A DNA stretch of 64,000 nucleotides from an uncultured Actinomycetes bacterium. GTDB lineage: Bacteria > Actinomycetota > Thermoleophilia > Gaiellales > JALYLC01. Location of the stretch: contig CAVUPB010000008.1 of assembly GCA_963743275.1 (NCBI GenBank), positions 330,794-394,793 of the forward strand, in the 5' to 3' direction. The translations under genes were made by a program, and so were the position numbers. This document shows positions 45,490-55,660 of the stretch, piece after piece (position 1 is the stretch's first letter; each line of letters starts with the position of its first letter). The notes under the pieces were generated by a model, which was given only the letters and a program-made list of their open reading frames with translations, searched no databases and was not told where the DNA came from.

Positions 45490-46251
45490 CTACCACGCGG
45501 TCCAGCCGCCGTCGACCACGAGCGTCTGCCCGGTCACGTAGCTGGACGCGTCGGAGGCGAGGAACAGCAGCGCCCCGTCGAGCTCGTCGAGGCGCGGCAC
45601 GCGGCCGAGCAGGGTGCGGCGCTCGATGCGCTTGATCGCCCCGGGGTGCTCCAGCCCCTCCGTCATGTCGGTCGGGAAGTAGCCGGGGGCGAGCGCGTTG
45701 ACGCGCACGCCGCGGCGTCCCCATTCGGCCGCGAGGTTGCGCGTCATCCCGATCACGCCGGCCTTGGCGGCCGTGTAGCCCGCCATCGCGGTGTCACCCG
45801 GCGCCACCAGCCCGAGGATCGAGGCCACGTTGACGATCGAGCCGTTGCCGCCGGCGAGCATCGCCTGGCCGGCCAGCTGGGCGAGCACCATCACGGAGAC
45901 GAGGTTGATCTCGATCAGGTCGCGCAGCTGCGCGAGATCCTGCTGCTCGAACGGCACGACATCGGCGATGCCGGCGTTCGGGACGGCGATGTCGAGGCGC
46001 CCGTGGCGGGCCAGCGCGTGCTGGACGAGCCGGTCGAGGTGGGCGTCGTCGCGGACGTCGCCGACCTCGACGCTCGCGCCGGTCGCGTCGGCGAGGCGCG
46101 CGAGCCGCTCGGCATCGCGTCCCGCCGCCACGACCTGCGCGCCGGCAGCCCGCAGGACGTGCACGAAGCGCTCGCCGAGGCCGCGCGAGGCGCCGGTCAC
46201 GACGGCGACGCGCCCGTCGAGGCGGAAGAGCGAATGCGTTTCGGCCGGCAT
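45490..46251 (-). CDS. SDR family oxidoreductase
   Basis: ..GRVAVVTGASRGLGE..NAG..YTAAKAG (TGxxxGxG and YxxxK). ATG 46251 lies within track ORF 45490..46533. Confidence 0.9.
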   Translation of the reverse strand: MPAETHSLFRLDGRVAVVTGASRGLGERFVHVLRAAGAQVVAAGRDAERLARLADATGASVEVGDVRDDAHLDRLVQHALARHGRLDIAVPNAGIADVVPFEQQDLAQLRDLIEINLVSVMVLAQLAGQAMLAGGNGSIVNVASILGLVAPGDTAMAGYTAAKAGVIGMTRNLAAEWGRRGVRVNALAPGYFPTDMTEGLEHPGAIKRIERRTLLGRVPRLDELDGALLFLASDASSYVTGQTLVVDGGWTAW

Positions 46252-46280
46252 CGGGCGCAAGGGTAGCGCCACGGGGTATC

Positions 46281-47568
46281 GTGGCCGCCGTGGCGGCCGA
46301 CGTCTTCGCCGAGAGCGGCGCGCGCGAGCGCGAGGCCGCCGACCCGTCGCGCCGGGCCGACTTCCGCGTGCCGCCGTGGCCCGGTGCCGCCGGCGCCGAG
46401 TGGGCCTACTTCGCCGGCAACTCGCTGGGGCTGCAGCCGCGCGCCGCCGCCGCGGCCGTGGAGGAGGAGCTCGGCGCCTGGGCCGAGCTCGCGGTCGAGG
46501 GCTGGTTCGAGGGCGAGCGGCCGTGGCTGACATCGGCCGACGACCTGCGGCCCGCGCTCGCGCGCCTCGTGGGCGCCGAGGCCGGCGAGGTGGTCGCCAT
46601 GAACACGCTCACGGTGAACCTCCACCTGCTGATGGCGACCTTCTACCAGCCGACGGCCGAGCGCCGCCGGATCGTGATCGAGGACGCCGCGTTCCCGTCG
46701 GACTCGCACGCGGTCGCCTCGCAGGCGCGCCTGCGAGGCTTCGATCCCGCCGATGCCGTCGTGCGGCTGCGGCCACGCGAGGGCGAGGCGGCGCTGCGCA
46801 CCGAAGACATCACGGCCGAGCTCGAGCGCCTGCGCGGCAGCGTCGCGCTCGTGCTGCTCGGCGGCGTCAACTACCTCACCGGCGAGCTCGTCGACATCCC
46901 CGCCGTGACCGCGGCGGCGCACGACATCGGCGCGGTCGCCGGCTGGGATCTCGCGCACGCCGTCGGCAACATCCCGCTCGAGCTCGGCGCCTGGGACGTG
47001 GACTGGGCAGCGTGGTGTCACTACAAGTACGTCAACGCCGGCCCGGGCGGACCGGCCGGCGCGTTCGTGCACGCGCGCCACTGCCGGGACGCGTCGCTGC
47101 CGCGCCTGGCCGGCTGGTGGGGGAACGACCCCGCCACGCGCTTCCGCATGGAGCCGGGGTTCGTGCCGCGCCCGGGGGCCGTCGGCTGGCAGGTCTCGAC
47201 GCCGCCGGTGCTCGCGTTCGCGCCGTTGCGCGCATCGCTCGCGCTCTTCGACGAGGCCGGCATCGCGCGCCCTGCGCGAGCGCTCGGTGCGGCTCACGGG
47301 CTACCTCGAATCCCTGCTCGACGTCGTCGTCGCCGAGCGGCGCGCGCACCTGATCACCCCGCGCGAGCCGTCCCGCCGCGGCTGCCAGCTCTCGCTCTCC
47401 GTTCCCGAGGCGCGCACGCTCTCGGCGCGCCTGCGCGCCGAGCACGGCGTCATCTGCGACGTCCGCGAGCCCGACGTCATCCGCCTCGCGCCGGCTCCGC
47501 TGTACTCGAGCTACCACGACTGCTGGCGGGCGGCGACGGCGCTGCGCGCACTGCTCCCCGCGCGCTGA
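46281..47568 (+). pseudogene. kynU: Kynureninase, frame broken near 47268
   Basis: ..YFAGNSLGLQP..WDLAHAVGN..WCHYKYVNAGPGG..STPPVLAFAPLRASLALFDEAGIA (ORF 46281 frame), then ALRERSVRLTGYLESLL...VIRLAPAPLYSSYHD (ORF 47287..47568 frame). One extra C lies in atcgcgCgccctg. Confidence 0.85.
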
Positions 47569-48245
47569 TGCAGTCGCATCCGGCCTCGACCGTCGGCTAC
47601 GGCGCGCATCCCGAGCAGGTGGCCGATCTCTGGCTGCCGGCCGGCGACGGCCCGCACGCCTGCGTCGTGCTCGTGCACGGCGGCTGCTGGCGCGCGCAGT
47701 ACGGACGCGATCTCGAATGGCGCGTCGCGGCCGACCTGGTCGTGCGCGGCCTCGCGGTCTGGAACGTCGAGTACCGCCGCCTCGACTGCGGCGGCGACTG
47801 GCCCGCGCCGCTCGACGACGTGATCGCGGCCGTCGCTGCGCTGCCCGCCGCAATCGACCGCGGCCGCGTCGCGCTCGCCGGCCACAGCGCGGGCGGCCAC
47901 CTCGCGATGCTGGCCGCCGGCAGCGTGCGCACGCGCGGCGTGCTCGCGCAGGCGCCGGTCAGCGACCTGCGGCTCGCCGCCGAGCTCGGCGCCTGCGCCG
48001 GTGCGGTCGAGCGCCTGCTTGCGCAGGGCGCCCCGTCGCCGATCGACGATCCGCCGGACGTCGAGATGCTGCTCGTGCACGGCGACGCCGACGAGCACGT
48101 GCCGGCCGAGCTCAGCCGCCGCTACGCGGCGGGCGGGCACGCGGTCTACGTCGAGCTCGTGGGCTGCGGGCACATGGAGTTCCTCGACCCCGCGAGCGAG
48201 GCCGGGCAGCTCTCGGGAAACTGGCTCCAGCGCGTGCTCGCCTGA
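47568..48245 (+). CDS. Alpha/beta hydrolase, probable kynurenine (aryl)formamidase
   Basis: The ATG overlaps the kynU TGA. HGGCW and GHSAGG motifs are present, and it is adjacent to kynU. Confidence 0.65.
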   Translation: MQSHPASTVGYGAHPEQVADLWLPAGDGPHACVVLVHGGCWRAQYGRDLEWRVAADLVVRGLAVWNVEYRRLDCGGDWPAPLDDVIAAVAALPAAIDRGRVALAGHSAGGHLAMLAAGSVRTRGVLAQAPVSDLRLAAELGACAGAVERLLAQGAPSPIDDPPDVEMLLVHGDADEHVPAELSRRYAAGGHAVYVELVGCGHMEFLDPASEAGQLSGNWLQRVLA

Positions 48246-48293
48246 GGCGCGAGTCACGCGCCGGGACGCGCGCGACGCTCTCGAGCGTGCTCC

Positions 48294-49184
48294 TCACGCC
48301 GCCCCCGACCGTACCGTGAGGCGGCCCGGGCGCAGCTCGGAGAGCGCGTGCAGCAGCACCGTGGCGAGGATCACCGCGCCGCCCAGCAGCGTCGGGATCC
48401 CCGGGTCCTCCTGGTAGAGCAGCCAGACCCAGAGCGGCCCGAGCACGATCTCGAGCAGCGTGATGAGGCCGGCCTGCGCCGCCGGGATGAGGCGGGCGCC
48501 CGCGGTGAAGAGGATCAGCCCGAGGGCCATCTGGGCCACGCCGAGCGACGCCAGGAGCGTGAAGTCCCGCGCCGAGACGACGCCGAAGTCGGAGAACGGC
48601 GCCATCACCGCGAACGCGATCACCATGCCGACCGCCGTCGCGGGCGTCATCGAGATCTCGTGGTGGCGGCGCGTGATCACGAGGATTCCTGCGAAGCCCG
48701 TCGACATGAGCACGCAGAGCGCGTCGCCGCTGATGTCGCCCGAGCCGAGCGAGCCGCCGACCATGATCGCGACGCCGGCGAGCGCCGCCGCCATCGCCGC
48801 CCAGGTGCCGCGCGAGACCAGCTCGCCCGAGACGAGCCACGCGAGCAGCGCCGCGAGGAACGGCGAGATCGCCTGGAACAGCAGCACGTGCGCGACGCTC
48901 GTGCGGTCGAGCGCGAGGATGAAGACGGTCGAGACGAGCGCGAGGTCGCACGCGACGACCAGGCCGATGGGGCCGATGGTGCGGACCGCGGCGAACGCGT
49001 CTCCTCCGCGTCGCCACGCGAGGTACGCGAACAGGGCGATGGCCGCCACGCCGGCCCGGATCGCGACCTGCGTCGCCGGGGTCGCGTCGACGGCCCGCTG
49101 CACGGGCCCCGCCGTCGACCAGGCGATCGCTGCCGCACCGACCAGGAGCTGGCCGCGCCGCGCCGCATCGGCCGGTGCCATCAT
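48294..49184 (-). CDS. DMT superfamily (EamA-like) transporter
   Basis: Track ORF of 296 aa with ten predicted hydrophobic segments in a duplicated EamA-like layout. Confidence 0.8.
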   Translation of the reverse strand: MMAPADAARRGQLLVGAAAIAWSTAGPVQRAVDATPATQVAIRAGVAAIALFAYLAWRRGGDAFAAVRTIGPIGLVVACDLALVSTVFILALDRTSVAHVLLFQAISPFLAALLAWLVSGELVSRGTWAAMAAALAGVAIMVGGSLGSGDISGDALCVLMSTGFAGILVITRRHHEISMTPATAVGMVIAFAVMAPFSDFGVVSARDFTLLASLGVAQMALGLILFTAGARLIPAAQAGLITLLEIVLGPLWVWLLYQEDPGIPTLLGGAVILATVLLHALSELRPGRLTVRSGAA

Positions 49185-49234
49185 GCCCCCGAGCGTAGCG
49201 ATCGGCGACAGGGGGCTCGTGTGGTGAGCGACGC

Positions 49235-50263
49235 GTGAAGGCGCTCGCGAAGTCGGAGGCGCGGCCCGGCATCTGGCTCGTCGACGCTCCCGAGCCCGAG
49301 GTCGGCATCAACGACGTGCTGATCCGCGTGCTGCGCACGGGCATCTGCGGCACCGATCTGCACATCCACGCCTGGGATGCCTGGGCGCAGCGCACGATCC
49401 CGGTGCCGATGGTCGTCGGTCACGAGTTCGTGGGCGAGGTCGTCGGGGTCGGCTCGAACGTGAACGACTTCGCGCCCGGCGACATCGTCAGCGGCGAGGG
49501 CCACCTCGTGTGCGGTCGCTGCCGCAACTGCATGGCCGGGCGCCGCCACCTCTGCGCCCACACCCAGGGCGTCGGCGTCGACCGTACGGGCGCGTTCGCC
49601 GAGCGGATCGCACTGCCGATGACGAATGTCTGGAAGCACGCCGCGGGCATCGACCTCGACGTCGCGGCGATCTTCGACCCCTACGGCAACGCGGTGCACA
49701 CCGCGCTCAAGTTCCCGGTGCTCGGCGAGGACGTGCTGATCACCGGTGCCGGCCCGATCGGGATCATGGCGGCGGCGGTCGTGCGCCACGCCGGGGCCCG
49801 GCACGTGGTCGTGACCGACATGAACCCCTACCGGCTCGAGCTCGCGCGCAGCATCGGCGTCACCCACGCGCTCGACGTGCGCTCGGGCACGGTGGCCGAC
49901 GCCCAGCGCGAGCTCGGCATGACCGAGGGCTTCGACGTGGGGCTCGAGATGTCGGGGAGCCCGGCGGCGCTCCACGACATGCTCGCCAACATGGCACACG
50001 GTGGCCGCATCGCAATGCTCGGCATCCCGTCCGAGGAGATCGCGATCGACTGGAACCGCGTGATCTTCAACATGCTCACGATCCGCGGCATCTACGGCCG
50101 CGAGATGTACGAGACCTGGTACGAGATGACGGTGATGCTGCAGTCGGGCCTCGACATCTCGCCCGTGATCACGCACCGCTTCTCCTACCGCGACTTCGAG
50201 GAGGCCTTCGCTGTCGCCGCGAGCGGCGACAGCGGCAAGATCGTCCTCGACTGGGAGCACTGA
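49235..50263 (+). CDS. tdh: L-threonine 3-dehydrogenase
   Basis: ..[48 protein letters not shown]. 342 aa. Confidence 0.95.
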   Translation: MKALAKSEARPGIWLVDAPEPEVGINDVLIRVLRTGICGTDLHIHAWDAWAQRTIPVPMVVGHEFVGEVVGVGSNVNDFAPGDIVSGEGHLVCGRCRNCMAGRRHLCAHTQGVGVDRTGAFAERIALPMTNVWKHAAGIDLDVAAIFDPYGNAVHTALKFPVLGEDVLITGAGPIGIMAAAVVRHAGARHVVVTDMNPYRLELARSIGVTHALDVRSGTVADAQRELGMTEGFDVGLEMSGSPAALHDMLANMAHGGRIAMLGIPSEEIAIDWNRVIFNMLTIRGIYGREMYETWYEMTVMLQSGLDISPVITHRFSYRDFEEAFAVAASGDSGKIVLDWEH

Positions 50264-51447
50264 TGTTCGAGGGAGTGCGCGATCAGTTCCAGGCCGAGCT
50301 CGACGAGATCGACGCCGCCGGGCTGGCCAAGCACGAGCGCGTGATCGCCTCCGCCCAGGGCGCGCACGTCACGCTCGCGGACGGGCGCGAGCTGCTCAAC
50401 CTGTGTGCCAACAACTACCTCGGGCTCGCCAACCATCCGGCCATGCTCGCCGCCGCGAGCGCGGCCCTGGCCGAGCGGGGCTACGGGATGGCCTCCGTGC
50501 GCTTCATCTGCGGCACGCAGGACATCCACCGCGAGCTCGAGGAGCGCATCAGCGCGTTCCTCGGCACGGAGGACACGATCCTCTACGCATCGTGCTTCGA
50601 CGCCAACGCCGGGCTCTTCGAGACGCTGCTCGGCGAGCAGGACGCGGTCATCTCGGATGCGCTCAACCACGCCTCGATCATCGACGGCGTGCGGCTCTGC
50701 AAGGCGCGCCGGCTGCGCTACGCGAACGGCGACACCGACGAGCTCGAGCAGCGCCTGCGCGAGGCCTCGGACGCGCGCCGGCGCCTGATCGCGACCGACG
50801 GCGTCTTCTCGATGGACGGGCATATCGCCCCGCTGCCGCGCATCTGCGAGCTCGCCGAGCAGTACGGCGCGATGGTGATGGTGGACGATTCGCACGCGGT
50901 CGGCTTCATGGGCCCGGACGGGCGCGGGACGCCGGCGCTGCACGACGTCGTCGCGCGCGTCGACGTGACCACCGGCACGCTCGGCAAGGCGCTCGGGGGC
51001 GCGAGCGGCGGCTACACGAGCGGGCGGCGCGAGGCCATCGAGGTGCTGCGGCAGCGCTCGCGCCCGTACCTCTTCTCCAACAGCCTGGCCCCGCCGATCG
51101 TCGCCGCCAGCCTCGCGGTGTTCGACCTGCTCGCCGACGAGGGCCCGGAGCTGCGCGCGCGGCTCTTCCGGCACACCGAGCGCTTCCGCCGCGAGCTCGT
51201 TGCGCTCGGCCTCGACGTCGTGCCGGGGGAGCACCCGATCGTGCCGGTCATGTTCGGCGATGCACACCGCGCCGCGGCGGCCGCTCAGCGCCTGCTCGAG
51301 CACGGCGTCTACGCCGTCGCGTTCTCCTACCCGGTCGTGCCGATGGGCCAGGCGCGCATCCGCACCCAGCTCTCGGCGGCGCTCTCCGACGACGACGTCG
51401 ACCGCGCGCTCGCGGCGTTCGCCGAGGTCGCGGCGCTCACTGCGTGA
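50263..51447 (+). CDS. kbl: Glycine C-acetyltransferase (2-amino-3-ketobutyrate CoA ligase)
   Basis: The ATG overlaps the tdh TGA. ..[47 protein letters not shown]. Confidence 0.95.
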   Translation: MFEGVRDQFQAELDEIDAAGLAKHERVIASAQGAHVTLADGRELLNLCANNYLGLANHPAMLAAASAALAERGYGMASVRFICGTQDIHRELEERISAFLGTEDTILYASCFDANAGLFETLLGEQDAVISDALNHASIIDGVRLCKARRLRYANGDTDELEQRLREASDARRRLIATDGVFSMDGHIAPLPRICELAEQYGAMVMVDDSHAVGFMGPDGRGTPALHDVVARVDVTTGTLGKALGGASGGYTSGRREAIEVLRQRSRPYLFSNSLAPPIVAASLAVFDLLADEGPELRARLFRHTERFRRELVALGLDVVPGEHPIVPVMFGDAHRAAAAAQRLLEHGVYAVAFSYPVVPMGQARIRTQLSAALSDDDVDRALAAFAEVAALTA

Positions 51448-51934
51448 AGGTGGCCTTCGGGCGGTCGCTCGCCAGCGGCACGCTGTGGAGCGCGACGCCC
51501 GCGTACTCCGGCCGGCTGATGCGCACGGCCGTGATCAGCACGCGCCGCGTCAGCACCGCGAAGTAGAGCGCGAGCGGCAGCTCGATCCCGAAGGCGGTGG
51601 CGAGGGTCACGACCTGGTCGTCGGTGCCGAGCGAGGTTGCGACGTCGAACCAGGCGTCGCACACGAGCAGCGTCGAGGACGCGATCAGCCCGACGATGAG
51701 GAGCGCGCGCTCGCGCAGCGCGGCCCACGCCGTGAGGCCGAGCGAGCAGCACAGGAGCGCGTCGAAGCCGAACCACGCCACGTTCCAGTGCTTGGCCGTG
51801 TGATGGTCGGGAAGCTGGCTGATGTAGATCAGCGTCCACGGGATGAGGGCGATCGTCGCGCCCATGGCGAGGAATGCGAACGGGTGCGTCCGCACCGAAC
51901 GCAGCCGCCCGGTCAGTGGGTCGCGCAGCTGCAT
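51437..51934 (-). CDS. Hypothetical 4-TM membrane protein
   Basis: ATG 51934 (GAGAGAG upstream). ..[35 protein letters not shown].. The track ORF extends to 52015 through lower-GC sequence. Confidence 0.5.
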   Translation of the reverse strand: MQLRDPLTGRLRSVRTHPFAFLAMGATIALIPWTLIYISQLPDHHTAKHWNVAWFGFDALLCCSLGLTAWAALRERALLIVGLIASSTLLVCDAWFDVATSLGTDDQVVTLATAFGIELPLALYFAVLTRRVLITAVRISRPEYAGVALHSVPLASDRPKATFTQ

Positions 51935-52018
51935 GAGCTCTCTCGCATCGTCATGTCTCGTGTCAACGTCGAAGGTCCTTCCACTATTCGACCACGTTCG
52001 AACGCGTCTGAACATGCC

Positions 52019-52044
52019 GGTGGCCCCTCACGGGAGGGGCCACC
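52019..52044 (-). terminator. Perfect 11-bp stem hairpin downstream of the MMPL gene
   Basis: GGTGGCCCCTC-acgg-GAGGGGCCACC. Confidence 0.5.
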
Positions 52045-52057
52045 TTCAGCGAGCGCC

Positions 52058-52136
52058 GTGCACGATCGGGGTCTGACCCCAATCGTGCACGAGCCGCCGC
52101 GCCGTGCACGATTGGGGTCAGACCCCAATCGTGCAC
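52058..52136. repeat. Two tandem copies (46-bp period) of a REP-like palindromic element
   Basis: GTGCACGATCGGGGTCtGACCCCAATCGTGCAC (52058-52090) and GTGCACGATTGGGGTCaGACCCCAATCGTGCAC (52104-52136). Both are preceded by GCGCC. Confidence 0.65.
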
Positions 52137-52162
52137 GGCGCGGCCGGCTCGTCGGCGGTCGC

Positions 52163-54430
52163 TCAGCGGCTCAGCGCCGGGGTGCCGTGGCTCACGCGCG
52201 GCAGCCAGTTGAGCTTCTTCGGCAGGTACCAGTTGCGGTCGCCGAGGAGCTTCATCGTGGCGGGCAGGAGCACCGCCCGCACGAGCGTCGCGTCCAGCAG
52301 GATCGCGGTCGCGAGCCCGACGCCGAGCTGCTTCATGTCGAGCCCCGAGAGCGTCGCGAAGATCGCGAACACGGCGACCATGACGATGGCGGCGCTGGTG
52401 ACGACGCCGGCCGTCTCGGTGATGCCCTGCTCGACGGCCTGGTCGCTCGGGACGCCCTTCTCCCACAGCTCGCGCACCCGGCTGAGGATGAACACGTGGT
52501 AGTCCATCGAGAGGCCGAAGAGCACGACGAAGAGGAAGATCGGGAGCCACGACTCGATCGCGCCGTCGCTCTTGAACCCGAGCAGGTCCTGTGCCCAGCT
52601 GTGCTGGAAGACCGCGACGAGGATGCCGTAGGCGGCGCCCACGCTCAGCAGGTTGAGCACGATCGCCTTGATCGGGACGATCAGGGAGCGGAACGTGACG
52701 AGCAGGAGCACGAAGCTCAGCAGGAGCACGAAGCCGATCACGATCGGTGCGCGATCGCGCATCACCTGGTTGAAGTCCTCCGTGCCCGCCGCCTCGCCGG
52801 CGACCTGCGCCGAGATGCCGGAGCCGGAGTTGAGCGTCTGGGGCACGACGGAGTTGCGCAGCGCCTTCATCGAGGCCACGGCCTCGGCGTTGTGGCCGTC
52901 GCCCTTGATCGGCACGTACAGCCGCGCGACCGAGTGGTCCCGCGAGATGCTGAGGGTGAACGGCTTGGACGCGTGACCGCTCGCGATCGCCTGCTGCTCG
53001 AAGTTCGCGATCGCCCGGGTGACCGTGGGCGAGGTGACGTCCGAGGCCTCGATCACGACGACGGCGGGCGAGGGCGAGCCGGGGAAGGCCTTCTCGATCG
53101 CGGCCTTGGCCTTCATCACGGGCAGGGTCTTCGACATGCCGTAGTCGGCGGGTGCCATCCCGAGCTTCAGGTCGGCGGCCGGGATGGCGAGCGCGACCAG
53201 GATCGAGGCCGAGGCCACGACCGAGATGACCGGGTGGCGCAGCACCGGCGTGAGCACGCGGTTCCAGATCGTGCGCTCGCCGCGGCCGCGGCGCAGAAGG
53301 CTCTGCACGGCGCGGAACGGCCAGGTCACGAACGCCCAGGCGGCGGCGATGCCGCGGCCGGCGAAGCGGAAGCCGCGACCCATCGCGCGATGTCCCGGGA
53401 CGCGGGCGAGGAAGCCCGCCGACTTGGGGGCGAGCAGCGCCGGCAGCACCGTCAGCGAGCCGATGATCGCCGTCGCGACGACGAGGATCGTGGCCAGGGC
53501 GATGCCCGAGAACACGCTGTTGCCGGCCAGGAACATGCCGCTCATCGCGGCCATGACGGTCAGGCCCGAGACGAGCACGGCGCGGCCGGAGGTGGCGGCG
53601 GCGATCTCGATCGCATCGACCCTGCCGGTGCCGCGCGCGCGCTCCTGGCGCTCGCGGGCGATGTAGAAGATCGAGTAGTCGACGCCGACGGCGAGGCCGA
53701 TCAGGAGGATCACCGACTGCGTGACGTCGGTCACCGGCAGGAGCTGGCTCGCGACCGCGGTCAGCCCGAGCGCCGCGAACACGGCGCTCATCGCGAGCGC
53801 GACCGGGATGCCGGCGAGCAGGAGGCCGCCGAAGGCGATCACGAGGATCAGGAGCGTGATCGGCAGCGAGAGCTGCTCGGCCTTCTGGAAGTCCTTGCCC
53901 TGCGTGTCGTCGTAGGCCTTCGAGAAGCTGCCGTCGCCGGCCTCGGCGATGACGAAGCCCGGATGCGCCGCCTGCGCGGCGGCCGTGGCGTCCTGGACGA
54001 TGCCGACCTTGCTACCCGAGGTCTTGTACGTGCCCGGGATCTCGAACGAGACGAGCGCGGAGTGGCCGTCCTTCGAGATCGTGTTCTGGGCGTAGGGCGA
54101 GCGCAGCTTGACGACGTTCGGCGTGCCCTCGAGGCGCTTGACGACGTCGCCGACGACGGCGCGGAAGGCCGGGTCGGACGCCTTCAGCGTCTTCGACTGC
54201 ACGAGCACCTGCTCGCTGGGCTGCAGCTTGAAGCCGGCCTTGTCGAGCGTGCGCGCGGCCACGCCGCTCTCGCCGCTCGCCGACTCGGCCTCCGTGAGCT
54301 GCTTCGTGCCGACCGCGCCGCCGATGATCACGGCGGCTGCGACGAATGCGATCCACAGGGTGATCGCCGTCCATGGGTGGCGGGCACTCCAGCGCCCTGC
54401 CTTCCCGGTGATGCCATTGCTGGCGGACAT
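52163..54430 (-). CDS. MMPL family RND-type transporter
   Basis: Track ORF of 755 aa: ..GLAVGVDYSIFYI.. and ..GLSMDYHVFIL.. An AAGGAG RBS is present. Confidence 0.9.
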   Translation of the reverse strand: MSASNGITGKAGRWSARHPWTAITLWIAFVAAAVIIGGAVGTKQLTEAESASGESGVAARTLDKAGFKLQPSEQVLVQSKTLKASDPAFRAVVGDVVKRLEGTPNVVKLRSPYAQNTISKDGHSALVSFEIPGTYKTSGSKVGIVQDATAAAQAAHPGFVIAEAGDGSFSKAYDDTQGKDFQKAEQLSLPITLLILVIAFGGLLLAGIPVALAMSAVFAALGLTAVASQLLPVTDVTQSVILLIGLAVGVDYSIFYIARERQERARGTGRVDAIEIAAATSGRAVLVSGLTVMAAMSGMFLAGNSVFSGIALATILVVATAIIGSLTVLPALLAPKSAGFLARVPGHRAMGRGFRFAGRGIAAAWAFVTWPFRAVQSLLRRGRGERTIWNRVLTPVLRHPVISVVASASILVALAIPAADLKLGMAPADYGMSKTLPVMKAKAAIEKAFPGSPSPAVVVIEASDVTSPTVTRAIANFEQQAIASGHASKPFTLSISRDHSVARLYVPIKGDGHNAEAVASMKALRNSVVPQTLNSGSGISAQVAGEAAGTEDFNQVMRDRAPIVIGFVLLLSFVLLLVTFRSLIVPIKAIVLNLLSVGAAYGILVAVFQHSWAQDLLGFKSDGAIESWLPIFLFVVLFGLSMDYHVFILSRVRELWEKGVPSDQAVEQGITETAGVVTSAAIVMVAVFAIFATLSGLDMKQLGVGLATAILLDATLVRAVLLPATMKLLGDRNWYLPKKLNWLPRVSHGTPALSR

Positions 54431-54554
54431 TGCCTGTCTCCTTGAGAGGAAGAGGAATCGTGGTGACAGGCAGAGCGTCGCCCGTGCGGACGGGTCGGTG
54501 CGGGCGGGCCTCAGGTGTCCGCGAGTGCGGAAAACCCTAGGCCGGAGCGTGGGG

Positions 54555-55211
54555 TCAGCTCGCGCGCAGGAACGTGAGAACGGCGAGCACGCGGCGGTGA
54601 TCCTCGACCGCGCTGCCGAGCCCGAGCTTCTCGAAGATGTTCGTGATGTGCTTCTCGATCGCGCGCGGCGTGACCACGAGCGCGTCCGCGATCGCCTGGT
54701 TCGAGCGGCCCTCGGCCATCAGGCCGAGCACCTCGCGCTCGCGCGCGCTGAGCACCTCGAGCGGGCTCGAGCGGCGCTTGCGCGCAACCAGGAGGCCGAC
54801 GATCGACGGGTCGAGGGCCGATCCGCCCTGCGCGACGCGCCGCACCGACTCGGCGAAGTCGTCGATGTCGGCGATGCGGTCCTTGAGCAGGTAGCCGACG
54901 CCCTCGGTGCCCTCCGAGAGGAGCTCCATCGCGTACTCCGGCTCGGCGTGCTGGGAGAGCACGACGACGCCGACGCCGGGGTGCGCCTCGCGGATGCGCC
55001 GCGCGGCGCGCACGCCCTCGTCCGTGTGCGTCGGGGGCATCCGGATGTCGATCACGGCGACGTGGGGCTTGAGCGTGCCGATCGCGTGCATGAGGTCGAC
55101 GGCGTTCTCGGCCTGCGCCACGACCTCGAAGCCCGCATCCGCGAGCACGCGCGCGACCCCCTCGCGCATGAGTGCCGAATCGTCGGCGATCGCCACTCGC
55201 AGCGTGGTCAT
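54555..55211 (-). CDS. NarL/LuxR-family response regulator
   Basis: MTTLRVAIADDSALMREG..VAVIDIRMPP..GYLLKD plus the LuxR HTH ..LSAREREVLGLMAEGRSNQAIADALVVTPRAIEKHITNIF. Confidence 0.9.
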   Translation of the reverse strand: MTTLRVAIADDSALMREGVARVLADAGFEVVAQAENAVDLMHAIGTLKPHVAVIDIRMPPTHTDEGVRAARRIREAHPGVGVVVLSQHAEPEYAMELLSEGTEGVGYLLKDRIADIDDFAESVRRVAQGGSALDPSIVGLLVARKRRSSPLEVLSAREREVLGLMAEGRSNQAIADALVVTPRAIEKHITNIFEKLGLGSAVEDHRRVLAVLTFLRAS

Positions 55212-55367
55212 CGGGCCGACGGTAGCAGGACGGGTACGGATAGCCGCACCCCTGGCGGTGCGGACGGCCGCAGGCAAGAGACGGGCGGCCCCGAGCGAGC
55301 GGGCCTCCGCGGGGCGCGATCGTTCTCGCAACGAGGGCGACCGGCCCTCCCGGACAAGGAGCCCGCC

Positions 55368-55520
55368 ATGTTCAATCCGATGCGCCCCGAGCTCGCCCTC
55401 GCCATCCACCGCGAGCGCGTCGCCGAGGGTCTCCGTCGTGCAGCGCAGTCGGCCGGCAAGCCGCCCGACAAGCGCCGCCGCAACGGCCGCCGTCGTCAAC
55501 TGAGGTTGCGTATGGCGTGA
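55368..55520 (+). CDS. Small hypothetical protein (50 aa), basic C-terminus
   Basis: AAGGAG sits 6 nt before the ATG: MFNPMRPELALAIHRERVAEGLRRAAQSAGKPPDKRRRNGRRRQLRLRMA. It is followed by a strong terminator. Confidence 0.35.
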   Translation: MFNPMRPELALAIHRERVAEGLRRAAQSAGKPPDKRRRNGRRRQLRLRMA

Positions 55521-55548
55521 ACCGGCACCACCAATCACATCCCTCCGA

Positions 55549-55585
55549 GACGGGGCGCCCTCAAGCAGCGCCCCGTCTTCGTTTT
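55549..55585 (+). terminator. Rho-independent terminator
   Basis: GACGGGGCGC-cctcaagca-GCGCCCCGTC followed by TTCGTTTTC. Confidence 0.6.
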
Positions 55586-55660
55586 CGGGTGCGGGCGGTT
55601 CACAGCTGCCTCTCAGAAGATTCTGTGCCGGCTCTTAGGAAGATCGGTCATGGTGCAGGC

